64,000 nt of DNA from Escherichia coli (GTDB taxonomy: Bacteria; Pseudomonadota; Gammaproteobacteria; Enterobacterales; Enterobacteriaceae): assembly GCF_051903065.1 (NCBI RefSeq), contig NZ_CP178438.1; one strand, given 5' to 3'. Positions within the stretch are counted from its first letter, which is position 1, and each line of letters starts with the position of its first letter. Below the pieces are notes generated by a model, which saw only the letters and a program-made list of their open reading frames with translations, was not told the DNA's origin and ran no database searches. The translations under genes and the position numbers were made by a program. Positions 48,646-59,284 of this stretch are shown in pieces.

Positions 48646-50112
48646 TTATTTTTTCTCGACGACGGGAGCCGCCTGATACCCGCCGCCCAGCGATTTCATC
48701 AACTGAATGCTTTGGATCACCCGGCGGCTGTCCAGCATCAGTAATGACATCTCTTCGGCAAGTACTGGCAACCGGGCTTCAGTGGCCTGTAAGCGGCTGG
48801 TTAAGCCGCGCTGATAGGCGGCCTCGGCAGCGCGCTGGGTGAAGCGCGTGGCTTCCACGCGTTCAGCCTGCATTTCTCGCTCGTCGTTGAGCGTTTGCAG
48901 ACGCGTGCCGTTGACGGCAACGTCACGCACCGCGTTCAGTACTGACTGGTTGTAACGTTCAATCATCATGTTGCTGGTGGCGCGCGTGCCTTCGAGATTG
49001 GCATTCAACCGTCCACCGTCAAACAGCGGCAATTTCAGACCCGGGATAAAGTTGAACTGGCGACTGGTTTTTTTGAATAAGGTATCCAGGTGGATGGCAT
49101 CAAGGCCGAAAAACGCTTTGATATCAAAGCTCGGGTAGAACAACGCCCGCGCGGAATCCACCTGATCTAATGACGCCTGAACATACCAGCGCATGGCTTG
49201 CAGATCCGGGCGTCTGGCGAGCAACTCATAAGAGAGTGTCGCCGGAATGCCGGTCTGAACTCGTGGTAATGCTACAGGTTTGATCTCCGGCATATCGCTG
49301 GCTCCCGCGCCAATCAATGCACGCAGAGATTCTCGCGTTTCGGTGATTTGCCCTTTGACGGCAGCAATTTGTTTATCGACCGCCAGAATCTGTGCCCGCG
49401 CGCCGTGGAAAGGCACTTGCGCTTCCAGACCTTGCGCCACTTTACTCTGGTGCGCTTTCACCGCGTAATCAATCACATCGCGAGTTTGTTCTAACAGATC
49501 GAGCATCTGATAGCTGGCCTGCATACTGTAATAAAGCTGCGCTACGCCCGTGGTCAGCGATAGCTCTACTGCTGCGGTTTCTGCCAGCGCGGCATTATGC
49601 GCGCCAATGGCGGCGGCAACCGCTGAGCGATGCACACCCCACAAATCAAGATCCAGTCCGGCAAACAAACCTACTGTGGCTTCCGTATAGTACGGCCCGT
49701 CCATACCCAGTGCTGGCGCATCCATCGCATAAGGGCTTAAAAAGCCGTTCGCCGAGACGCGTTGGCGGTTGAGCATCCCTAACGCTGCGACCTGTAATTG
49801 TGAACCGGCATCTAACAAATCGGCCTGGGACTGCGCTTTTTCTTCCCGCAGTTTCGCTTCGGCGAGGGTGTGTGAACCACTTAGCGTCCGTTGGATCAGC
49901 GCATCCAGCTGCGGGTCATTGAGTTGTTTCCACCACTGCGCCTGCGGCCAGCCGGAGCTGGCAAGATGAATATCATCGGCCAGTTTGATTTGTTCCGGTT
50001 TGAGCTGTTGATGAGGCGCAGAATCCTTGCGTACCAGGGCACAGCCGGAAATCAGCGTCGTGCTGCCGAGAATGCTGCACAACAGCAGACGTGAAAGTTG
50101 ACGATTGATCAT
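48646..50112 (-). CDS. mdtP: Outer-membrane efflux channel (TolC/OprM family lipoprotein)
   Basis: 488 aa; lipobox LISGCA; K-12 synteny. Confidence 0.93.
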   Translation of the reverse strand: MINRQLSRLLLCSILGSTTLISGCALVRKDSAPHQQLKPEQIKLADDIHLASSGWPQAQWWKQLNDPQLDALIQRTLSGSHTLAEAKLREEKAQSQADLLDAGSQLQVAALGMLNRQRVSANGFLSPYAMDAPALGMDGPYYTEATVGLFAGLDLDLWGVHRSAVAAAIGAHNAALAETAAVELSLTTGVAQLYYSMQASYQMLDLLEQTRDVIDYAVKAHQSKVAQGLEAQVPFHGARAQILAVDKQIAAVKGQITETRESLRALIGAGASDMPEIKPVALPRVQTGIPATLSYELLARRPDLQAMRWYVQASLDQVDSARALFYPSFDIKAFFGLDAIHLDTLFKKTSRQFNFIPGLKLPLFDGGRLNANLEGTRATSNMMIERYNQSVLNAVRDVAVNGTRLQTLNDEREMQAERVEATRFTQRAAEAAYQRGLTSRLQATEARLPVLAEEMSLLMLDSRRVIQSIQLMKSLGGGYQAAPVVEKK

Positions 50113-52160
50113 TGTGTGGCTCCTTGTGCCTGTTCCGTGGCGGGCGTTAATGCCGGGGCTGTCCAGTCTGGCAAGCGGGCGAAAAGCTGGCAGACGTGTT
50201 GCTCCTGTTTTAATAAGGTGGGCAGGATGGCCTGCGAGGCGGGTGTCTCTTCAAGCGTTATTTGAGGAGAACGGCTGAGTGCGGTTGCCAGACCGGCAGC
50301 GTATTTTTCCAGAGCGTCGGCAAACTGACCTGCTCTGTCCGGCTGTAGTGCGTTATCCAGCGCCTGCGCCGAGTTCCAGGTGGCATCCCAGGCGTGAAGA
50401 AGATCGCGGCCCTGACGAATAACCGTTTGCGAACGTTCAATCAGTAAGGCGCGTTCTTCGCTGTCCAGTTGACGCTCCAGCGCCACGCGTTGGCACATCT
50501 CTTCACAGGCATTAAACGCCGCATGCAGACCTATACGAATTTGCAGATAAGTGCGCAGAGCCGTGACTTCCTGCTGGCGTGGGATCCGCATTACTTTACT
50601 TAACATACCCAGCGCGACAGCCAGTTTTTGCGGCAGCGTGCGCGCTTCACTTTCAGGCCAGACAAAGGTGTAAATCACCGCGGACACCACGGTACCAATG
50701 ATGATACCCAGGGCGCGATCGCGAATTTCCACCAGGTCGTACACCGGGCCAAAAACGTTTTCGAGCGTGGCGAGCGCGAAGGTAACCACCATCTGTGTGC
50801 CGATATAAGAAGAGCGTTCAGAGCTGGTGGCAATCCATGCGCCCAACAGGAAAATCGGTGCCAGCACAAACAGCAATTCGACAATATTGTCCAGCCAGGG
50901 CATGACCAGTAGCGTGAATAACAGCGCCAGAATCGCGCCGCAAAAGGCCCCGCCAAAACGCAGCACCATCTTCTGGTACGATGAACCGACATTCGGATTA
51001 GCGACGATCACGCAGGTCAGCATACAGGTGTGAATGCCTTCCCAGTCCACGCCGCTGTAGAAGGTGTAACAGATCAAACAGGCGAGCAGCGTTTTTACCG
51101 CGTAGCGCATATAGTCTGGATTGGTAAAAGCATCGGCGGCCATTGATGGCGGTTTGGCTGCGGGCGTTGGCGGCGTATTCGGGTCCATCTGACCAAGCTG
51201 TAACAGTGTCTGGCAGATATTCTCCAGGTTACATTCCCGTGCCGCCATCGCTTCACTTTCACTGATCCGCCAGTGGCTTTGCCAGCACTGACCTTCGGTA
51301 ATGGCATGCTGCAGCTTGTTGATTTCTGAAGCTAATTTTTGTCGGAATTCAATAATTGCCTGAGAATCAGCAAAAGAGGTGGGATCGTAGCGATTCAGCG
51401 TCGAGTAAATGTAGGTTACCGTTGCCACGCAGCTTTGCCACCATGCACTCTGGGTTCGCCAGTTGGCATCGTCCGCGAGGCAAAAGACATTGAGTTTTTG
51501 CAGCGCCAGCGCCTCTCTTTCAATCCGCGTTTCGGGTAGCGGTGCGAGGCTGTCCGTCAGGTGGCTAATGGCATCATCAAGCCGATCATTAAGCACCTGA
51601 TGCATTTGCGAAATGGCACGACTGGGAAACCACAGCACGCCGATTAACGTCATCAGCAAGGTTGGATAGAGGCCAACAACGATACACCACAGCGTTAAGC
51701 GCACGACCACTTCCGGATAGTCGAGCATGGCGGGGAAGGTTTGCCCGTAAATAGCGACAATGGCGACGGCGAAAAAGACCAGCCCCAAGCGATGGGTGCG
51801 CATCAAAAACATGCAGCCCATCAGGATCGGTCCGGCGATGATCAAGCGGATCAACGGTTCGCCGTATGACCATTTGTAGATCAAAAACAGGCTGCCGATC
51901 TCCAGCACCGTGGCAACCACAAACAAGATCGCGACAAATTTGGTGTAAAACGCGTTCGACTGAATACCGTAAAACAGCACTGCCAGCGATAACGCCACAA
52001 AAGGGATCTCAAAAGTCATCGAGATCAGAATCACCAGCAGGCAGCCTACCCAGAGTTGCACGGTCTGCGGCACGCGACCTGGTCGCCGCTCGCTTAACTC
52101 TTCATGAAAGAACGCCAGCAGCCTGACCACCGGTAATGGCAGGGAGTTGAGCGCGCTCAT
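50109..52160 (-). CDS. mdtO: Efflux pump membrane subunit (FUSC/AaeB family)
   Basis: 683 aa; K-12 synteny. Confidence 0.93.
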   Translation of the reverse strand: MSALNSLPLPVVRLLAFFHEELSERRPGRVPQTVQLWVGCLLVILISMTFEIPFVALSLAVLFYGIQSNAFYTKFVAILFVVATVLEIGSLFLIYKWSYGEPLIRLIIAGPILMGCMFLMRTHRLGLVFFAVAIVAIYGQTFPAMLDYPEVVVRLTLWCIVVGLYPTLLMTLIGVLWFPSRAISQMHQVLNDRLDDAISHLTDSLAPLPETRIEREALALQKLNVFCLADDANWRTQSAWWQSCVATVTYIYSTLNRYDPTSFADSQAIIEFRQKLASEINKLQHAITEGQCWQSHWRISESEAMAARECNLENICQTLLQLGQMDPNTPPTPAAKPPSMAADAFTNPDYMRYAVKTLLACLICYTFYSGVDWEGIHTCMLTCVIVANPNVGSSYQKMVLRFGGAFCGAILALLFTLLVMPWLDNIVELLFVLAPIFLLGAWIATSSERSSYIGTQMVVTFALATLENVFGPVYDLVEIRDRALGIIIGTVVSAVIYTFVWPESEARTLPQKLAVALGMLSKVMRIPRQQEVTALRTYLQIRIGLHAAFNACEEMCQRVALERQLDSEERALLIERSQTVIRQGRDLLHAWDATWNSAQALDNALQPDRAGQFADALEKYAAGLATALSRSPQITLEETPASQAILPTLLKQEQHVCQLFARLPDWTAPALTPATEQAQGATQ

Positions 52161-53191
52161 TATTGTGGCTCAAGGTTAGCGACTGCCGAAGCGCCGATGC
52201 GGAACATTTCCGGGTCAGGTTTATCAACCATGATTTTGACCGGAAAACGCTGGGCAACGCGGACCCAGTTAATAGAACGTGATACTTTCGGCAGACCGCC
52301 CAGCACCAGGCCGCCGTCATCCGGCAGTACGCCGTAGCCAATAGAATCCACTTTACCTTCAAAGGTTTTGCCGCTGTCGCTCATCAGGCGAATGGTTGCA
52401 GGCGTACCAGCATGAATGTTTTTCAAATCGGTTTCGCGGAAGTTAGCGATAACGTACCAGTGACGAGTGTCGATTAGGGTAAAAATAGGGCGCATGGCAG
52501 AAGCAAATTGCCCGACGGAGGTTTTGAGGGAAATGACCCGGCCATCAAACGGCGCGCGAACGGTCGCCATTTCCAGATGCAGTTTGGTCAGGGCAATATC
52601 CGCTTCGACCGCCGCACGTTGCGCCACCAGTGCATCGACGCCGCTGACGGCGCTGGCGGCTGACTGTGCCTGTAACAATACGGCATTAAGATCGGCTTCT
52701 GCCGCGCGCTGCGCCGTTCTTGCGCGGTCAACATCTTCTGCAGAAACAAAACCTTCTTTCAGCAGCGGCTCGGTGCGACGTAATGTATCGCTGGCCTGTT
52801 TCGCGGCAGCACGGGCTTTTTCTACCGTGGCATTAACCGAGTCGGCACCAAACTGTTGCGCGTCAACGCTACGCTGGGTGAGCATAATTTGCTTATCCAG
52901 TGCCGCGAGGGAGGCTTCAGCTTTCGCCAGATTGGCTTCGTACGGGCGCGGGTCGATGCGGAACAGCAAATCTCCCTGTTTCACCGCCTGGTTGTCGGTG
53001 ACCGCCAGTTCTACAATGCGGCCGCTGACTTCCGGCACCACATCAATGGTATCTGCTGACGCGTAAGCGTCATTAGTTGATGGCGCACTGTCTACGCGCC
53101 AGATAACGAAAACAAGGGCAACCAGCGCCAACGCAACCACTAACAGAGCAGGGAATTTACTGCGAGGAGCTTTTTTCGGCGTACTTTCCAT
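52160..53191 (-). CDS. mdtN: Efflux pump periplasmic adaptor (HlyD family)
   Basis: 343 aa; single N-terminal TM then coiled-coil region. Confidence 0.93.
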   Translation of the reverse strand: MESTPKKAPRSKFPALLVVALALVALVFVIWRVDSAPSTNDAYASADTIDVVPEVSGRIVELAVTDNQAVKQGDLLFRIDPRPYEANLAKAEASLAALDKQIMLTQRSVDAQQFGADSVNATVEKARAAAKQASDTLRRTEPLLKEGFVSAEDVDRARTAQRAAEADLNAVLLQAQSAASAVSGVDALVAQRAAVEADIALTKLHLEMATVRAPFDGRVISLKTSVGQFASAMRPIFTLIDTRHWYVIANFRETDLKNIHAGTPATIRLMSDSGKTFEGKVDSIGYGVLPDDGGLVLGGLPKVSRSINWVRVAQRFPVKIMVDKPDPEMFRIGASAVANLEPQ

Positions 53192-53209
53192 GAGCGCGTC
53201 TCAAATAGA

Positions 53210-53485
53210 TTAGAAAAATGCCAGCCAGAACAGCATGGCGTAGAGAGCAAAAAGGGCGGTATAAATAATTCCGACAAATGCCAGATTGATATTTGTCCGC
53301 TGAATAATTCGCCTCGTGATGAGCGTCAAAATAAGGCTGGCAATGGCGCAGAAAAACCAGCTGGGATAATAAGCGCCGATCACCGGGATTGCCGGAGATA
53401 ATGAACATCCCGAAACCATGAAGACGGGAATTATCCAGGCTGTTTTTTTGAGTTGCATCGCCATGCGAGAGAGAACTGTTGGCAT
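53210..53485 (-). CDS. ytcA: Small lipoprotein
   Basis: 91 aa from internal Met MPTVLSRMAMQLKKTAWIIPVFMVSGCSL (lipobox); track ORF is over-extended. Confidence 0.8.
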   Translation of the reverse strand: MPTVLSRMAMQLKKTAWIIPVFMVSGCSLSPAIPVIGAYYPSWFFCAIASLILTLITRRIIQRTNINLAFVGIIYTALFALYAMLFWLAFF

Positions 53486-53640
53486 ATTAAATACATCCTG
53501 TCTGCTGCGAACAATATCTGTAGTGAATATCACTATCCATTGAAGGCGTCAGTATGGCTATTTTCTTGATGAATAAAAATAGCTTTATTCAGCCACCGCA
53601 TTCATAACTTATATGTTTTATTTATTAATTGGCTGCATAT

Positions 53641-53686
53641 ATTTTTAAAGTAAATGCTTTTGGGGGCTTAAGCGCCCCCAAAAGTG
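53641..53686 (-). terminator. Rho-independent terminator of yjcS
   Basis: cttttgggggc-ttaa-gcgcccccaaaag hairpin with flanking T-rich sequence. Confidence 0.7.
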
Positions 53687-53693
53687 AGTGGCA

Positions 53694-55679
53694 TTAATTT
53701 GGGGTTACGATATTTACCCACAAATCGAAATTATCCAGACAGGCAATAATTTCTTCCAGTTTCGCACCATTGCCAATAATTTTGGCTTTCTTCGCTTTTA
53801 CCAGATCCGCCATTTTGGCTTGTCCGGTCAGCACGGCGTGCAGATCTTCACGACTGATGTAGAAAGAGGCGTCAGCTTGGGATTGCAGCGTTTTACGGTA
53901 GTTAAGCACGCTATCGTTCAGCGTCAGGTTGAGGTTATCGCCGTTGCTCATATTGAAGTTCAGGCTGATATTTTTACCCGCGGCTTTTTCGCTATCGAGG
54001 CGAACGGACATAAAGTCGAACAGCATTTCGACCGACATTCCGCGAATGGTGTCCGGGGAACCGGTGGTGCCGTGGCTGAACTTATGCACCCCTTCGCGCA
54101 GCTCTTTCGCGCCGGTCAGGTAGAAACCGCGCCATGTGGCGGACTCGGCCTGATAGCCCAGCTGTTCAAAGTTATTCGCTTGCAGATTCTTCGCGACCTG
54201 GTCACCCGGGTTGGCGGCAATCACCTGTTTCAGCAGTTCTGCCGACCAGCGGTAATCACCTTGCTTGTTCGCTTCTTGCGCCAGGTTGATGACACGGGCA
54301 GAACCGCCCAGCGCTTTCACGTAACGTTTGCCCATCTCTACCTGACCATACGGATGCAGGTTAGCCGGGTTACCGTCGTAATAGCCAAGATAGAAGTTAT
54401 ACACCGCGCGGGCGTTGTGGCTGACAGAACCGTAATAACCGCGGCTGGCCCAGTTATTGGCAAGCGCAGGCGGCAGCTTAATCATGTCGCCGATTTCATT
54501 CATGGTGTAGCCCTGGTTCGCCAGATGCAGGGTTTGATCGTGAATATACTTGATGGTATCGCGATATTTACCAATATAATCATTGATATGCTTATTGCCC
54601 CAGACCGGCCAGGTGTGCGGCATAAACAGTACTTCCGCGTCGTTACCCCACATATCCAGCGTTTCGTTCAGGTACTCTGTCCACTTGCTGGTATCGCGGG
54701 TTTTCGCGCCGCGCAGAGTGTAGAAGTTGTGCAGGGTATGCGTGGCGTTCTCGGCGGTACACAGGGCTTTCAGGGCCGGAATATAGAAGTGCATTTCGGC
54801 TGGGGCTTCGCTGCCTGGGGTCATCAGGAAGTCAAACTCCAGGCCGTCGATAATCATCTTCTCGCCAGTTCTGACGATAGTTTTGGTTGGCGCAATAATG
54901 CTCGGGTCGCCGGTTGCCAGCGTCACGCCAAGGCCATTACCCACGTTGCCTTGCGCGTTGTGCGGCAGTAACAGACCGTAAGAGTAGAGCGCACGGCGGC
55001 TCATGATGTTACCCGCCAGCACGTTTTCGCTGATGGCTTCGTCCATAAAGCCAGCAGGGGCAATCACCTGAACTTTGCCGGATTTAACATCGGCTTCAGA
55101 GATAATACCTTTCACGCCACCATAGTGGTCAGTGTGGCTGTGAGTGTAAATAACGGCAACAATCGGTTTTTGCGGACGATGCTGGAAGTAAAGATCAAGT
55201 GCGGCTTTTGCGGCAGGCGGCGTCACCAGCGGGTCGATAACAATAATGCCTTTCTCGCCCTCAACGAACGTAATGTTAGAGATATCCTGGCCGCGCACCT
55301 GATACATTTTATCGGTGACTTTGAACAGGCCAGAAATGCCGTTGATCTGCGACTGACGCCACAGGCTGGGGTTTACGGTTTCCGGCGCAGCGGCATTAAT
55401 ATCAAATTTGTAATCGTCTGTGCGGTAGTAAACTTTACCGTTCGCATCACGCAGAATACCTTCATCCAGCAGCGGGGCGATAAATCCACGCTGGGCATCG
55501 TCAAAATCCTGACGATCGCTAAACGGTAATGATTTGGCGTAATTCTGATTAACCTGTTGGGTATATTGAGTGGCGGCTTTCGCTTCCTCTTTCGCGTTAG
55601 CGGTATTTACCATCATGCCGCTGGCGGCAGTTAACGCAATAACAATCCTGCTCAAACGGAATAACCGAGAGTTATTCAT
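53694..55679 (-). CDS. yjcS: Alkyl/aryl sulfatase (metallo-beta-lactamase fold)
   Basis: 661 aa; signal peptide; HSHTDH metal-binding motif. Confidence 0.92.
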   Translation of the reverse strand: MNNSRLFRLSRIVIALTAASGMMVNTANAKEEAKAATQYTQQVNQNYAKSLPFSDRQDFDDAQRGFIAPLLDEGILRDANGKVYYRTDDYKFDINAAAPETVNPSLWRQSQINGISGLFKVTDKMYQVRGQDISNITFVEGEKGIIVIDPLVTPPAAKAALDLYFQHRPQKPIVAVIYTHSHTDHYGGVKGIISEADVKSGKVQVIAPAGFMDEAISENVLAGNIMSRRALYSYGLLLPHNAQGNVGNGLGVTLATGDPSIIAPTKTIVRTGEKMIIDGLEFDFLMTPGSEAPAEMHFYIPALKALCTAENATHTLHNFYTLRGAKTRDTSKWTEYLNETLDMWGNDAEVLFMPHTWPVWGNKHINDYIGKYRDTIKYIHDQTLHLANQGYTMNEIGDMIKLPPALANNWASRGYYGSVSHNARAVYNFYLGYYDGNPANLHPYGQVEMGKRYVKALGGSARVINLAQEANKQGDYRWSAELLKQVIAANPGDQVAKNLQANNFEQLGYQAESATWRGFYLTGAKELREGVHKFSHGTTGSPDTIRGMSVEMLFDFMSVRLDSEKAAGKNISLNFNMSNGDNLNLTLNDSVLNYRKTLQSQADASFYISREDLHAVLTGQAKMADLVKAKKAKIIGNGAKLEEIIACLDNFDLWVNIVTPN

Positions 55680-55969
55680 ATAAATCTCCATTTATCATTT
55701 ATGTCGTAAATATGTAATCCATGCAAAATACGTCATTTAAAGCTGGCGTTATCATAATTGGGAAATTGCGACTTTAATAAGTGGAAGTGTGAGCGGAACG
55801 ATCCATTTTATTAGGCATTTGTGCTGAAGAGGGAAAAGTACGGCATATTTATTACTATCATCAATAATGTGACCTGACTTATATTTTTATTATTTATATT
55901 ACTTTCAGCTTTCACTTCGACAAGAAGTACGCACAATGATTAATCAGATGAATGATGCGGAGTGTAACC

Positions 55970-56677
55970 ATGAAACCCGTCGTGCTGGTGGTGGATGATG
56001 ACACGGCTATCTGCGCACTGTTGCAGGACGTGTTAAGTGAACATGTCTTTACGGTTTCAGTCTGCCATACCGGACAGGAGGCCATATTGCGTATTGAGGG
56101 CGATCCTGACATTGCGCTGGTGGTGCTGGATATGATGCTACCCGATACCAACGGCCTGAGAGTATTGCAGCAAATCCAGAAACTGCGTCCGACATTGCCG
56201 GTGGTGATGTTGACCGGCATGGGCAGTGAGTCTGATGTGGTGGTCGGGCTGGAAATGGGCGCGGATGATTACATCTGCAAACCGTTCACCCCGCGGGTGG
56301 TGGTCGCACGACTGAAAGCGGTGTTGCGACGGGTTGGTGCGCTGGCGGTTAATGACGAGAAAAGCGCCGGGCTGTCATTCAATGGCTGGTATCTCGATAC
56401 CATGCGCTGCCAGTTGCACAATCCGCTTCAGCAACATGTCGAGTTAACTCAGGGCGAATATGGCTTGTTACTGGCTCTGGCGCAAAACGCGCGTCGGGTA
56501 TTGAGCCGCGAGCAGTTGCTGGCGTTCACCCACAGCGACAGCGTGGAGGTGTTTGATCGCACCATCGACGTATTAATCATGCGCTTACGACGCAAAATCG
56601 AACTCAACCCGCATCAGCCGATGTTGATTAAAACTCTGCGCGGTCTGGGGTATGTCTTCGCTGCCGACGTGCATTAA
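55970..56677 (+). CDS. OmpR/PhoB-family response regulator
   Basis: 235 aa; receiver domain (VVDDD...D at ~55 aa...K) plus winged-helix C-terminus (...TLRGLGYVF); GGAG RBS 8 nt upstream; not present at this position in K-12. Confidence 0.85.
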   Translation: MKPVVLVVDDDTAICALLQDVLSEHVFTVSVCHTGQEAILRIEGDPDIALVVLDMMLPDTNGLRVLQQIQKLRPTLPVVMLTGMGSESDVVVGLEMGADDYICKPFTPRVVVARLKAVLRRVGALAVNDEKSAGLSFNGWYLDTMRCQLHNPLQQHVELTQGEYGLLLALAQNARRVLSREQLLAFTHSDSVEVFDRTIDVLIMRLRRKIELNPHQPMLIKTLRGLGYVFAADVH

Positions 56678-57675
56678 TCCGACATTTCTGTTTGCAGCTC
56701 TTCCAGCGTTTTCGCCCCGTCGATGGCATTGGCGCATAACAGGCTTGCCCGCGCGCAGGCGTGTGCCAGTTTGATGCTCTCGGTAAGCGTCCAGCGTTCA
56801 TGGCAGCCATATAAAAATCCGGCACAAAATGCATCGCCCGCGCCGACGCTGCCGATAATTTCCCGTTGTTCTAACTTTTGCGAAGGGATCCACACGCCGC
56901 CCTGTTCTGGGGTCTCTCCCCACGCCCCTTCCGGGCAGTGGATCACCACCCGCTGGCGCACGCCCGCATCTAACAGTTCACGCGCGGCGGCAGCAATATG
57001 CGCGATATGCGGTTCGCCGTTGGGTAACCGAATTTCCAGCCCGCTAAACTCCCCGGCCTCCAGTTCGTTAATTACCAGATAATCCAGATGGCGCAACGCG
57101 GGCAGCACCAGCGGCTGATAACGCGGATCGCCCTTACGGGAGACCAGGTCGAGTGAGGTTTCAAAGCCAGTATCACGCATTTGCGCCAGCAGGCGTGCGC
57201 TACGGGTGCCGTAAACATCGTCCGGCATATCCAGGCTGTCGAGCAACAGTAAATAGCCGAGATGGAAAATCTTCATGGTGTTATCGAGCTGATCGAACGC
57301 CGGAAGATCCAAAAGTCTGTTTGCACCCGGCGAATGGAAAAACGTCCGCTGCCCGCTTGGGTCTGTCATCACCTGCGACATCGACGTCGGGGCAAAGGTA
57401 GTGCGCTGCACATGCTGACGATTGACGTGATATTGCTCAAGCATCGCCATGATGTAATCGCCGTCGCTGTCCTGACCGATTAGCCCAACCGCCTGTAACG
57501 GCAGCCCGGTGCGCATTTTCGCCAGCGTCAGCAGGACGTTAAGCGGCGCACCGCCGGTGGAGCGTTCGCTGTGGGTGATCTCCGCCAGCCAGCCGCGCTC
57601 TGGCCACTGGATAATCTGATGGACGTGGTCAACCAACATATTGCCTGCGGCGATAATCCCTTTACGCTCCATCAT
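56674..57675 (-). CDS. PfkB-family carbohydrate kinase
   Basis: 333 aa; C-terminal GAGDAFCAGFLYG ribokinase-family signature; start ATG overlaps the aldolase stop (ATGA). Confidence 0.8.
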   Translation of the reverse strand: MMERKGIIAAGNMLVDHVHQIIQWPERGWLAEITHSERSTGGAPLNVLLTLAKMRTGLPLQAVGLIGQDSDGDYIMAMLEQYHVNRQHVQRTTFAPTSMSQVMTDPSGQRTFFHSPGANRLLDLPAFDQLDNTMKIFHLGYLLLLDSLDMPDDVYGTRSARLLAQMRDTGFETSLDLVSRKGDPRYQPLVLPALRHLDYLVINELEAGEFSGLEIRLPNGEPHIAHIAAAARELLDAGVRQRVVIHCPEGAWGETPEQGGVWIPSQKLEQREIIGSVGAGDAFCAGFLYGCHERWTLTESIKLAHACARASLLCANAIDGAKTLEELQTEMSD

Positions 57676-58532
57676 GCCTGCCCCGCACTGCCAAAAATAC
57701 GCATCTGTTGTGCAACCGTATCGCTGATGGCGGCTTCCACTGCCAGCAGTAACTCGGCAAACTCGTCATACATCGGCTGACGGTGCGCCATTCGGGCCTC
57801 AACGGCAGCCAGCGCCGCTTGCGACATGCCAGTGTAGAAATTGATTTTGTGGATACCCAGTTCGATGGCGCGGCGGAAATCGGCATCGCTAATCCCTGAG
57901 CCGCCGTGTAATACCAGCGGGATAGCAGCCTGCTGGCGGATAGCGTTGAGGCGCGGGAAATCGAGTTTCGGTTCGCCGCGATATTTGCCGTGTGCATTGC
58001 CAATCGCCACGGCCAACGCGTCAATGCCGGTACGGTCGACAAAATCACGCGCCAGTTGCGGATCGGTAAACAGGGATTCATCGGCATGGCCATAGAGTGC
58101 ACCGCCTTCGTCGCCACCCACCGCGCCCAGTTCAGCTTCTACCGATACGCCAACGGCATGGCACATTTTCACCACTTCCCGCGTCTGGCGGACATTTTCT
58201 TCATACCCCAGCGTGGAGCCATCAAACATTACCGAGCTGAATCCCAGCCGCAACGCTTGCACCACCGATTCAAAATGCAGTCCGTGATCGAGATTTAACA
58301 CCACCGGAATGGCATGACGCGCCGCTTCAAATTTCACTGTCTCGACCAGGGAATCCAGCGAGATATATTTAAAATGTACTTCGGCAATGTTGATAATAAA
58401 GGGCGAACGTTCTTGTCTGGCAGCAGCAAACAAGGCGCGTAAAAAGTGCGAGTCCAGCACATTAAACGCACCTAACGAATAGTGATGTTCGCGGGCATGT
58501 GCCAGCCCTTCAGCGAGAGAAATCAATGGCAT
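57672..58532 (-). CDS. Class II (metal-dependent) ketose-bisphosphate aldolase family protein (FbaA/GatY/KbaY-like)
   Basis: 286 aa; HGGSG motif and conserved His residues of class II aldolases. Confidence 0.8.
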   Translation of the reverse strand: MPLISLAEGLAHAREHHYSLGAFNVLDSHFLRALFAAARQERSPFIINIAEVHFKYISLDSLVETVKFEAARHAIPVVLNLDHGLHFESVVQALRLGFSSVMFDGSTLGYEENVRQTREVVKMCHAVGVSVEAELGAVGGDEGGALYGHADESLFTDPQLARDFVDRTGIDALAVAIGNAHGKYRGEPKLDFPRLNAIRQQAAIPLVLHGGSGISDADFRRAIELGIHKINFYTGMSQAALAAVEARMAHRQPMYDEFAELLLAVEAAISDTVAQQMRIFGSAGQA

Positions 58533-58546
58533 AACGTTATCCTTAT

Positions 58547-59230
58547 TCAGCGGAACTGGCGGTATTCGTTACACAATACCAACTGTGCAGGTTCGTCTTC
58601 GTCAATCAGGTTGTAGCGGTCCAGTGGCTGTAAAAAGTGGTTATCGTGGTCGTCGTCATTGACAGAAGAGACTTCGCCAACCAGAACATCGCCAAAGCCG
58701 GTTTCCGCCCAAAAGCTGTGATACAGGCCGGGCGGCAGGCAGATACTTTCGCCGGGAGACAGGCGCAACTGAGTGCCTGCAGTATGTTTCTGGCGGCAGC
58801 CGTCTATCACCACCGTAACGTCACTATCAGCCGTTTGCTCGTTACTATCGGCATTCCACAGTTCAACAATTAAATTACCGCCGCCGCGATTGATAATGTC
58901 CTCACGCTTACGCCAGTGAAAATGCATTGGCGTGACCTGCGCATCGCGCACATGCATGATCTTCTCGGCGTAACATTTCACATACGGCATTCCTTTTGCT
59001 GAGCCGTTACGTAGGGTAAACAGCGTCAGCCCGTGTGCTGCAAAGTTGTTGCGACCAAAAGCGGTAACATCCCAGCCGAGTTTAAGATCAAAAACCTCCT
59101 CCCACGCGGCGGTGTCGAGCTGCTGCCATTGAGCAGGCGAGAAACTGGCAAAGGGCGGCAGATGTACGTCATGTTGCGAAAAGAATTGCCGTGTATGGCC
59201 GAGAATGTCGTTTATAGCGGAGCGTTTCAT
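58547..59230 (-). CDS. Cupin-type sugar isomerase, D-lyxose/D-mannose isomerase-like
   Basis: 227 aa; resembles the small cupin D-lyxose isomerase family described in E. coli O157:H7 (recalled, not searched); embedded in a sugar-transport operon. Confidence 0.6.
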   Translation of the reverse strand: MKRSAINDILGHTRQFFSQHDVHLPPFASFSPAQWQQLDTAAWEEVFDLKLGWDVTAFGRNNFAAHGLTLFTLRNGSAKGMPYVKCYAEKIMHVRDAQVTPMHFHWRKREDIINRGGGNLIVELWNADSNEQTADSDVTVVIDGCRQKHTAGTQLRLSPGESICLPPGLYHSFWAETGFGDVLVGEVSSVNDDDHDNHFLQPLDRYNLIDEDEPAQLVLCNEYRQFR

Positions 59231-59284
59231 CGAAAGCGTTCTCCTTAGCGGTGACCGGGCAGCTGCGCCGCCCGGCGTGTGGAC

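Noticed and set aside
53688-54971. 427-aa plus-strand ORF
   Set aside because: Antisense to yjcS; no RBS or recognisable features; spurious
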